The notes under the pieces: generated by a model | The model's database searches: none | What the model saw: the letters and a program-made list of their open reading frames with translations, nothing else | Told to the model about the DNA's origin: nothing | Assembly (NCBI GenBank): GCA_903957805.1 | Contig: CAJBQQ010000027.1 | Span: forward strand, 1 to 35,782 | DNA from: an uncultured Pseudomonadota bacterium | GTDB lineage: Bacteria > Pseudomonadota > Gammaproteobacteria > Burkholderiales > Nitrosomonadaceae | Length of the DNA stretch: 35,782 nt | Reading direction: 5' to 3' | Shown: positions 28,391 through 35,782 of the stretch, piece by piece | How positions within the stretch are numbered: position 1 is the first letter of the stretch | How the letters are laid out: each line of letters opens with the position of its first letter | Made by a program: the position numbers and the translations under genes

Positions 28391-30109
28391 ATGCCCCATA
28401 GCCTTACCTTAATAACCACCATTGCGGCCAGCTTGGGCCTTGCCTTGATACTGGGTCTCATTGCTCATCGTTTGAAGCTACCGGTACTGGTGGGTTACCT
28501 ACTTGCGGGCGTCATCCTTGGCCCAGCCACTCCGGGCTTTGTTGCTGATGTTGAGTTGTCGCGTCAGCTAGCCGAGATAGGAGTGATTCTCTTGATGTTC
28601 GGTGTCGGATTGCATTTCTCACTGAACGATCTTCTGGCAGTTAAGCGTATCGCTGTGCCGGGTGCAGTCTTGCAGATTGTGGTTGCGACTGCACTCGGGA
28701 TGGGGGTTGCAGATCTCTGGGGTTGGAGTCTGGGCGCGGGTCTGGTATTCGGTCTAGCACTCTCGGTGGCGAGTACGGTCGTGTTACTCCGTGCGCTGGA
28801 GCAGCGTGGTGCACTCAAGTCAGTCAATGGCCAGATCGCGGTAGGATGGTTGGTGGTTGAAGATCTAGCGATGGTTCTGGTCCTTGTATTACTACCTCCA
28901 CTTGCAGGTTGGCTAGGTGGTGACGTTGTAACTACCGATGCGAGCTCATCCGAACCCAATCTGCTTATCACGTTGCTGATTACCTTCGGTAAGGTTGCGA
29001 TCTTCATCGGACTCATGCTGATTGTGGGCAAGCGGGTATTCCCGTGGTTATTGTGGCATGTGGCCAGCACCCGCTCGAACGAGCTCTTCATCCTGAGCGT
29101 GATTGCGGTCGCGGTGGGGATAGCTTATGGGTCAGCAATGCTATTTGGAGTTTCTTTTGCACTTGGCGCTTTCTTCGCGGGTATGGTCATGCGAGAGTCG
29201 CACTTGAGTCATCGTGCTGCGCAGGATTCGCTCCCCCTTAGGGATGCCTTCTCGGTCTTATTCTTCGTCTCGGTCGGTATGCTGTTTGATCCGAATATTG
29301 TGATGGAGCAACCATTTCGGGTTCTTGCCGTGGTCGCCATCATCGTGATGGGTAAATCCTTGGCTGCCTTTTTGCTTGTTCTTGCCTTCCGCTATCCGCT
29401 AAATACGGCTCTCACGGTATCGGCCAGTCTTGCACAGATTGGTGAGTTCTCATTCATCCTGACAGCGTTGGGAGTCTCTCTCGGTCTACTGCCGATCGAG
29501 GGTCAGAACCTGATACTGGCGGGTGCACTAATCTCGATCACGATCAACCCATTGGTATTTCAGATGATCGAGCCCTTGCAAGCATGGATTCGTGAGAGAT
29601 CAGAGCTTGCACGGATACTTGAGCGTAATGTGGACCCATTGGCTGAATTGCCGATGACCGTCTCATCAAGCTCTGTGACGAATCATGTGGTCCTGGTCGG
29701 TTATGGCCGGGTCGGTCAGCGTATCGGCGAGTCATTGACAGAGCATGGATTGTCGCTTGTCGTGGCCGAACAGAATCGTGAGTTAGTCGAGAGATTACGC
29801 GATCATGGAGTACATGCTGTTGCGGGTGATGCGGCAGATCCTGCAGTGCTGATACAGGCGCATATTGTAAGGGCTGATATGCTGGTGATTACAATCCCCG
29901 ATACCTTACGTGCGCGCAGCATGGTTGAGACTGCACGCATGCTAAATCCGAAAATCGAGATTGTCATACGAACTAATACAGAAGAAGAGTCGGAGTTACT
30001 CGGCAGAGAGGGTCTGGGGACAGCATTTCTAGGGGAGCATGAGCTCGCTTTTAGCATGACTCGTCATATCCTAAAAAGGATCAAAACCAAGGAGGAGTCA
30101 CATGAGTAA
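28391..30109 (+). CDS. ybaL: CPA2-family monovalent cation:proton antiporter with a C-terminal RCK/TrkA-N domain, YbaL-like
   Basis: 572 aa, collinear with E. coli YbaL (LITTIAASLGLALILG, VGYLLAGVILGPATPGFVAD, GVILLMFGVGLHFSL, LRDAFSVLFFVSVGMLFDP). The C-terminal Rossmann motif is VLVGYGRVG. Confidence 0.9.
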   Translation: MPHSLTLITTIAASLGLALILGLIAHRLKLPVLVGYLLAGVILGPATPGFVADVELSRQLAEIGVILLMFGVGLHFSLNDLLAVKRIAVPGAVLQIVVATALGMGVADLWGWSLGAGLVFGLALSVASTVVLLRALEQRGALKSVNGQIAVGWLVVEDLAMVLVLVLLPPLAGWLGGDVVTTDASSSEPNLLITLLITFGKVAIFIGLMLIVGKRVFPWLLWHVASTRSNELFILSVIAVAVGIAYGSAMLFGVSFALGAFFAGMVMRESHLSHRAAQDSLPLRDAFSVLFFVSVGMLFDPNIVMEQPFRVLAVVAIIVMGKSLAAFLLVLAFRYPLNTALTVSASLAQIGEFSFILTALGVSLGLLPIEGQNLILAGALISITINPLVFQMIEPLQAWIRERSELARILERNVDPLAELPMTVSSSSVTNHVVLVGYGRVGQRIGESLTEHGLSLVVAEQNRELVERLRDHGVHAVAGDAADPAVLIQAHIVRADMLVITIPDTLRARSMVETARMLNPKIEIVIRTNTEEESELLGREGLGTAFLGEHELAFSMTRHILKRIKTKEESHE

Positions 30110-30455
30110 TAAACTAACCATTTATCAGAAACCCACCTGTAGCAAGTGCAGAGCCACCATCTCAATTCTTAAGGATAGTGGGCAAGAGTTCGAGATGGTC
30201 AATTATTATGAAACACCCTTGACGGCCGAGCAATTGAGAGGCTTGATTGAGAAGTTAGGGGTGAGTGCATGGGACGTACTCCGTTGCGATGAACCGCTGG
30301 TGAATAGTCTTAAACTTAACGAGCGGAAGCTGTTAGATGAGGAATTGATCAAGATTATGGTAGACAACCCCGACTTGATTCAACGTCCCATTGTTGTGCG
30401 TGGTAATGAGGCTGTGCTGTGTCGTCCCCCTGAGAGAGTCTCCAAGTTACTGTAG
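30102..30455 (+). CDS. ArsC-family (glutaredoxin-type arsenate reductase / Spx fold) protein with a CxxC motif
   Basis: 117 aa. TIYQKPTCSKCR aligns with R773 ArsC TIYHNPACGTSR. Cys13 and Arg61/Arg95/Arg108 sit at the ArsC catalytic positions, and the extra Cys16 gives C-S-K-C. A GGAGGAG RBS lies 4 nt upstream, and the ATG overlaps the ybaL 3' end by 8 nt. Confidence 0.85.
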   Translation: MSNKLTIYQKPTCSKCRATISILKDSGQEFEMVNYYETPLTAEQLRGLIEKLGVSAWDVLRCDEPLVNSLKLNERKLLDEELIKIMVDNPDLIQRPIVVRGNEAVLCRPPERVSKLL

Positions 30456-30516
30456 AGACCATCAATGCATCGAGATTCTGCAATGGGAAGCTGTTTTGAT
30501 TTGAGGATGGGTAATT

Positions 30517-30921
30517 ATGCGTATTAGATTAATTAATGGGCTGAGGGTGATGGTTCCACTCGTCATCACCTTGGCTCTGGGAATATCCACTACACCTGCT
30601 CAAGCCGATTGCAGTGGCTGTATCTGCCCGGGAGATCCCTGCAGGCTATGTGCTTTACCCCCGATGAAGAATATTCCCCTGGCAGTGGATGAGCCTGACA
30701 CGTGTCGCAAAATCAGGGAGAAAGTGCCGCCGATTTCAGCAAGCCCTGGATCAAATGAGCATTTCGCAAGTCAAGATAAGGCGACCATGGAGTGCATAAA
30801 GAGTGGTGGTGACATCATCAAGAACCATCATAGAACTAAGGATTTTCCATCTAAACTTTATTGTAAGCCTTATGCTGCATCTGGTAAGGTCAATATCAGG
30901 GTCGGGAGTGGAAGCAAATAA
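30517..30921 (+). CDS. Orphan Cys-rich secreted protein
   Basis: 134 aa with a GAGGATGGG RBS-like stretch upstream and a Sec-type signal peptide ending AQA (predicted cleavage after aa 30). The mature protein starts DCSGCICPGDPCRLC and has 8 Cys in total. I recognise no family. Confidence 0.6.
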   Translation: MRIRLINGLRVMVPLVITLALGISTTPAQADCSGCICPGDPCRLCALPPMKNIPLAVDEPDTCRKIREKVPPISASPGSNEHFASQDKATMECIKSGGDIIKNHHRTKDFPSKLYCKPYAASGKVNIRVGSGSK

Positions 30922-30970
30922 AACCAGAGGCTCGAGGATTGCTGTACTTTGAAACAACAAAGGAATGATT

Positions 30971-32062
30971 ATGAAGAATGAGATTACTGTCTTATCCCCC
31001 ATCCAGTTCGGCCCATACACTCTGTCGAACAGAATGATGCTCGCACCACTCACTCGTAACCGTGCCGGGAAGGGGAATGTTCCTCAACCGCTCAATGTGG
31101 AGTACTACGCTCAACGGGCCAGTGCTGGCTTGATAGTCTCTGAGGCATCGCAGATATCTCCCCAAGGAGTGGGCTATCCTTCAACCCCTGGAATTCATAG
31201 TCAGGAGCAGGTGGAGGGGTGGAGACATATCACCGATGCGGTGCATTCTAAAGGTGGGAGAATCTTCCTGCAGTTATGGCATGTGGGCCGTATCTCGCAC
31301 CCTTCACTCCAGCCTGGTGAGTCTTTGCCAGTGGCACCCTCCGCAATTAAACCTGCGGGGCAGGCAGTCACTTATCAAGGATTGAAAGATTTTGTAACTC
31401 CACGTGAGCTAGATCTTGCAGAGATCCCCGGCATCATTGAAGACTATCGTACCGGTGCTGAGAACGCACTCTCAGCGGGTTTTGACGGGGTTGAAATTCA
31501 TGGTGCTAATGGGTATCTGCTTGATCAATTTCTTCGTGATGGGAGTAATCATCGGACCGATATCTATGGGGGTTCTGTCGAGAACCGGATGCGATTGATG
31601 ATTGAGGTGACTGATGCGGTTTGTTCGGTCTGGGGAACGAATCGTGTGGGTATTCGTCTGTCACCGCTACAGCCTTTTAATGATATGTTTGATTCCAATC
31701 CTGAAGTGACATTCAGTTATGCTGTGGAGCAACTCAACCGATTTGGTCTTTCTTATCTGCATGTAACCGAAATGGGAAAGGAGGCACCCAATGCTGCAGG
31801 CCCGGCATTTGATCTGGTCAATCTGAGGCGTATCTGGAAGGGGATATACATCACGAATAGTGGCTATGACCTCGTACGGGCCAATGCTTCACTCAACAGG
31901 AATGAGGCCGATATGGTGGCATTCGGTGTGCTGTTTATTGCCAATCCTGATCTACCCATGCGTTTCTCTCAGGGTGCAAATCTTAATAAACCCGATCCTT
32001 CAACCTTCTATGGTGGTGATTCTAAGGGTTACACCGACTACCCTAGTCTTAATATGAGCTGA
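30971..32062 (+). CDS. nemA: Old Yellow Enzyme family NADPH:flavin oxidoreductase (N-ethylmaleimide / alkene reductase-like)
   Basis: Collinear with E. coli NemA (MAPLTRNRA, YYAQRASAGLI.SEA.QIS, LWHVGRISH, HGANGYLLDQFL...SNHRTD.YGGSVENR, FYGG...GYTDYPSL). The ATG at 30971 is preferred because AAGGA lies 7 nt upstream; the track start is 30965. Confidence 0.85.
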   Translation: MKNEITVLSPIQFGPYTLSNRMMLAPLTRNRAGKGNVPQPLNVEYYAQRASAGLIVSEASQISPQGVGYPSTPGIHSQEQVEGWRHITDAVHSKGGRIFLQLWHVGRISHPSLQPGESLPVAPSAIKPAGQAVTYQGLKDFVTPRELDLAEIPGIIEDYRTGAENALSAGFDGVEIHGANGYLLDQFLRDGSNHRTDIYGGSVENRMRLMIEVTDAVCSVWGTNRVGIRLSPLQPFNDMFDSNPEVTFSYAVEQLNRFGLSYLHVTEMGKEAPNAAGPAFDLVNLRRIWKGIYITNSGYDLVRANASLNRNEADMVAFGVLFIANPDLPMRFSQGANLNKPDPSTFYGGDSKGYTDYPSLNMS

Positions 32063-32250
32063 TCACTCGCGGAGTAGATGGATTCAAGCTGCATACTGAG
32101 TGGGGCTTTGCATCAGCTTCTAGCTTAAGAGTGCTTGATGTGGGTAGTGCGTATCGATCTGTTCTGAAACATGATCATATGTGTCTATGATGAAGGGGAT
32201 GCTATCCAAATCACTCCTATCAGTGACCTGAACCCAATGGAGTCTAAGTC

Positions 32251-33507
32251 ATGAAGGCCAACAACAGAGTTAGCGCGATGCTAGTGCTGATGTTTGTTCT
32301 ATTCATTTCCATTTTCATGGCATGGCAGCATTACTCATCTAGTGTTCCGAGTATTAAAGTCGGAATACTGCACTCTTTAACCGGTCCCATGGCGATCAGA
32401 GAAAGACCGCTGGTAGATGCACTGCAGCTAGCGATCGAAGAGGCAAATGCCGCAGGTGGTATCAATGGCCAAAAGATTGAACCAGTGATCGTTGACTGTC
32501 GCTCGGAGCCTCTATATTGCGGCCAACAGGCAGAGCGTCTCATCACTACAGACAAGGTAAAGGCACTCTTCGGTTGCTGGACATCCGCCTGCCGTCAAGC
32601 GGTTAAGCCTGTGGTTGAGAGGCATCAGGGATTGCTCTTTTACTCGGTCCAGTATGAAGGGATGGAGCAATCACCCAATATCATTTACACCGGCGCCACA
32701 CCGAATCAGCAGGCTGCACCGGTGGTACATTGGGCATTAGAGACACTCGACAAGCGCGACAAATCTAATAAGCGCGTCTACCTGGTTGGGTCAGATTATA
32801 TTTTCCCACGGGTGACCAACCTCCTCATTAAAGACTTGTTGGCGGCACAGGGAGCGACGGTGGTGGGAGAGCGCTACCTCCCATTAGGATCAAGTAAGGT
32901 GGTCGAACTGGTCGCTGATATCCTCCAAAAACGACCGGATATGATCCTGAATACTATCGAGGGTGATAGTGCGGTCGCTTTCTTTCGTGAATTGAATAGG
33001 ATCGGAATCACACCGGACAAGATTCCGGTGCTGTCGTTTAGCATTGCAGAGGTTGACCTAGCAGCCAAAGATGCCGCACCGATGGAGGGTCACTATGCCG
33101 CCTGGAATTATTTCCAGAGGATTCAGTCACCACAGAATCAGGTCTTCTTACAAAGGTTTCATAATCGCTACGGTCAGAAAGCGGTGGTTGATGACCCGAT
33201 GGAGGCATCCTATATCAGCCTGCAGCTTTGGGTTCAGGCGGTACACGAAGCTGGTTCAGCCGAACCAAATCAGGTGCAGCGTACGATCCTACGACAGAGC
33301 TTGCTCGCACCGGAGGGTGTGATTTCACTCGACTCAGCGACTCGTCACTTGTGGAGAGTCACCCGGATTGGTAAGGCCCGAGCGGATGGACAGTTCGACA
33401 TTGTTTGGGATTCTGGTCGCCCACTTGAGCCTTCTCCCTTTCCCACATACCGTACTCGAGAGGAGTGGGGACACTTACTAAAAGCGATTGAGGGAGCGGG
33501 GTCATGA
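32251..33507 (+). CDS. Type-I periplasmic ligand-binding protein of the UrtA/AmiC/FmdD (urea / short-chain amide) type, probably a sensor partner rather than a transporter subunit
   Basis: 418 aa with an N-terminal hydrophobic anchor or signal. The core [88 protein letters not shown] matches UrtA-like proteins. No ABC permease or ATPase genes are adjacent, and its stop overlaps the kinase start (ATGA). Confidence 0.85.
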   Translation: MKANNRVSAMLVLMFVLFISIFMAWQHYSSSVPSIKVGILHSLTGPMAIRERPLVDALQLAIEEANAAGGINGQKIEPVIVDCRSEPLYCGQQAERLITTDKVKALFGCWTSACRQAVKPVVERHQGLLFYSVQYEGMEQSPNIIYTGATPNQQAAPVVHWALETLDKRDKSNKRVYLVGSDYIFPRVTNLLIKDLLAAQGATVVGERYLPLGSSKVVELVADILQKRPDMILNTIEGDSAVAFFRELNRIGITPDKIPVLSFSIAEVDLAAKDAAPMEGHYAAWNYFQRIQSPQNQVFLQRFHNRYGQKAVVDDPMEASYISLQLWVQAVHEAGSAEPNQVQRTILRQSLLAPEGVISLDSATRHLWRVTRIGKARADGQFDIVWDSGRPLEPSPFPTYRTREEWGHLLKAIEGAGS

Positions 33508-35782
33508 AGTTCACCTCACTCACACAACGTTTCATGGCTTGGTTCGCGGCGGTCTCGCTGCTGCCAATTATTATGGCAGGATACGGTCTGCTGCGCGCCT
33601 TCGAGACTGAACTACAGAAAACAGCGATTCAGCAGGTTTCCGCCATCGCAGATAAAAAAGTAGAGCAGATCGATGGTTACCTGCGTGAACGACTTCTCGA
33701 TACCCGAGTGATACATACCGCCAGTACAACACGCGCAGCCATGCGTGACTTTACCCGGGTATTTCACCAGAACGGAATGGGGAGTGATGCTTATCGCCGA
33801 CTGGATGCGAGCTACCGAGATCACTTCGAGAGATTTGTTGAGGATGCTGGTTATTACGATCTATTTTTAATTTCTCCACAGGGTACGGTGGTCTATTCAC
33901 ATGCCCATGAGTCTGATTTCGCTACCGACTTAATTAGCGGCCCTCATCGTAACAGCGGGCTCGGCATCGTCACTCGGCAGGCACTGAACATGCTACAAAG
34001 TGGTGTCTCTGACTTTGAGTATTATTCTCCATCAGGTGGTGCCATCGCTGCTTTCATGGCATTTCCAATCGTGATCCAGGGGAAGATTGAAGGTGTGTTG
34101 GCATTGCAGATCTATAGCGAGAAGGTGTTTCAGGTGTTAACAGATAATGTAGGTCTAGGTGTCACCGGTGAGACTGTGGTCACTCGTCTCGAGGATGGTC
34201 ATACAGCCTTAGTGATGGCCCCCTTGAAGGATGATCTGAATGCGGCTCTGAAACTAAAAATACCTCTTTCTGCAGCGATCTGGAGCAGCCTTCATGGAGA
34301 ACGCGGGGCCGGACTCACGGTTGATTACCGTAACAAGGAGGTGGTCGCGGCATGGCGGTATCTGCCTCGCATGGGATGGGGAATGGAAGTCAAGATGGAT
34401 GCGGACGAGGTATTCGCTCCTGTTCACCGGATGCGAACACTCAGCCTGTTGATTCTGGGTCTGACACTCCTCGCCGCCATTCTGGGGGCTGCACTATTTA
34501 GTCGTCGTATGGTCAATACCTTAAAGACACTCAGCCGTAGTGCGCAGGATATTGCTGCAGGGAGCCTGCATCACCGTGTGCCGGTTCAAGGTTGGGATGA
34601 GATCGGGCAGTTGGCGCGTAGTTTCAATGCAATGACAGAGCGATTGAGTGCAAGTAACCACGAGCGTGAATCGGCTGAGGATGATCTTCGAAAGCTTAAC
34701 CAAGACTTGGAGAGTAGGGTAGCAGAGCGGACTGAAGACTTGGAGCAGGCTAATGCAATCCTAATCAGCAAGGAGGAGGAGACCCGATCGGTGGTCGAGC
34801 ATATGGAGGACTGTGTTGTTACGGTAGATGAGAATGGAATCATCCTCTCCACTAACCCAGTCATGGAAAAGATCTTCGGATATAGCCGAGATGAAGTGAT
34901 TGGACAGGATGTCGGTATGCTGATGTCAGAGCCTCATCGCAGTAAGCATGAAAGTTATATGGTGAGATACCGACTGACAGGGCAGGGTCAGGAGTATGTG
35001 TCGGGCTCACATGGTGTGGGAATTGGTCGTGAGGTTGAGGGGGTTCACAAGAATGGTGAGCCCATCGCTCTATACCTAGCAGTCAGCGAATACTATGTGG
35101 GCGGTAAACGTTACTTCACCGGGTTGATGCGTGACATCCGAGAACGCAAACAGGTGGAGCAAGCATTGCGCGGAAGCGAGCAACGATTACGGGCCATTGT
35201 GGATAATATGGCCGCCTTTGTCGGTGAGATGACGCCAGATGGGGTGCTGGTGGAGATCAACCGTGCTGCTCTTGAGGTTGGGGGGGTGCAGAGCCAAGAC
35301 GTGATCGGCAAGAGGCTTGAAGAGACTTGGTGGTTCTCTCATTCTCCCGAAGTTCAGGCACAGATACGAGATGATATCGAGAGAGCTCTACAGGGACAAA
35401 TCGTGCGACATGATCTGGATGTCCGCATGATCGGTGGTGATCTTATGACCATTGATTTCATGCTGGTACCGGTCCATGACACCGATGGACGAGTGATCAA
35501 GCTGATCCCTTCAGGCGTTGATATCAGTATTCGGATTCATATCATGAAGGATCTCGATCAGGCCCGCCTGGAGGCAGAGCAGGCCAACCGAGCCAAGTCA
35601 ACATTCCTTGCTGCGATGAGTCACGAGATCAGAACCCCGATGAATGGGGTGATCGGCATGGCAGATGTGTTGCAGCAGAGCAGCCTCACCGGTCACCAGA
35701 CGGAGATGGTTGACCTCATCCGTGAATCGGCCTTCGCGCTGCTCGATATCATTGACGATATTCTCGATTTCTCTAAGATCGA
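33504..35782 (+). CDS. Sensor histidine kinase, N-terminal 759 aa: TM, about 280-aa periplasmic Cache-like domain, TM, HAMP, coiled coil, PAS, PAS, HisKA; the 3' end lies outside the window
   Basis: My own translation of frame 3 from the ATG at 33504 (GAGGGAG RBS 7 nt upstream) is open to the window end. TM1 spans aa 11-30, with a Cache-like [16 protein letters not shown], and TM2 spans aa 311-332. The HAMP region is ([28 protein letters not shown]). The PAS blocks are ([30 protein letters not shown]; [19 protein letters not shown]). The H-box is [18 protein letters not shown] (His codon 35622-35624). It is not in the supplied ORF track because there is no stop codon. Confidence 0.9.
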   Translation, partial: MKFTSLTQRFMAWFAAVSLLPIIMAGYGLLRAFETELQKTAIQQVSAIADKKVEQIDGYLRERLLDTRVIHTASTTRAAMRDFTRVFHQNGMGSDAYRRLDASYRDHFERFVEDAGYYDLFLISPQGTVVYSHAHESDFATDLISGPHRNSGLGIVTRQALNMLQSGVSDFEYYSPSGGAIAAFMAFPIVIQGKIEGVLALQIYSEKVFQVLTDNVGLGVTGETVVTRLEDGHTALVMAPLKDDLNAALKLKIPLSAAIWSSLHGERGAGLTVDYRNKEVVAAWRYLPRMGWGMEVKMDADEVFAPVHRMRTLSLLILGLTLLAAILGAALFSRRMVNTLKTLSRSAQDIAAGSLHHRVPVQGWDEIGQLARSFNAMTERLSASNHERESAEDDLRKLNQDLESRVAERTEDLEQANAILISKEEETRSVVEHMEDCVVTVDENGIILSTNPVMEKIFGYSRDEVIGQDVGMLMSEPHRSKHESYMVRYRLTGQGQEYVSGSHGVGIGREVEGVHKNGEPIALYLAVSEYYVGGKRYFTGLMRDIRERKQVEQALRGSEQRLRAIVDNMAAFVGEMTPDGVLVEINRAALEVGGVQSQDVIGKRLEETWWFSHSPEVQAQIRDDIERALQGQIVRHDLDVRMIGGDLMTIDFMLVPVHDTDGRVIKLIPSGVDISIRIHIMKDLDQARLEAEQANRAKSTFLAAMSHEIRTPMNGVIGMADVLQQSSLTGHQTEMVDLIRESAFALLDIIDDILDFSKI

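Noticed and set aside
28564-29091. 175-aa minus-strand ORF antisense to the ybaL-like antiporter
   Set aside because: It is antisense to the conserved TM region. Its Ser/Thr/Arg/Pro-rich low-complexity product is typical of the reverse frame of a hydrophobic membrane-protein gene.

Overview
This is a 35.8-kb, gene-dense chromosomal segment of a Gram-negative proteobacterium. The gene order looks beta/gamma-proteobacterial: gpmA-envC-ctpA lies divergent from yibN-grxC-secB-gpsA with trmL nearby, as at the E. coli yibN/secB locus, and there is a bioBFHCD operon. I call 33 protein-coding genes. The first (RND adaptor, 1-324) and the last (sensor histidine kinase from 33504) are cut by the window edges. 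The kinase is missing from the supplied ORF track because it has no stop codon inside the window. CDS coordinates include the stop codon, and several starts were moved off the longest-ORF start on the basis of RBS position or homolog N-termini. I recognise no rRNA, tRNA, CRISPR array, transposase, integrase, phage gene or known defence gene. Most of the window is housekeeping: argB, slmA, moeB, ctpA, envC, gpmA, grxC, secB, gpsA, trmL, bioBFHCD, prpD, acnA. I found no clear-cut novel multi-gene system. The most second-look-worthy loci are: (i) a same-strand cluster ybaL-like K+/H+ antiporter / translationally coupled CxxC ArsC-fold protein / orphan Cys-rich secreted protein / NemA-like OYE reductase (28391-32062); (ii) a UrtA/AmiC-like periplasmic binding protein translationally coupled to a Cache-HAMP-PAS-PAS histidine kinase (32251-35782); (iii) an orphan 471-aa lipoprotein with an internal domain duplication (22164-23579); (iv) an AT-rich islet carrying a lone small secreted TIGR04073-like protein, next to a 528-bp non-coding stretch upstream of bioB (12939-14141). 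All family assignments come from reading the translations against remembered homologs and motifs. No database search was run.
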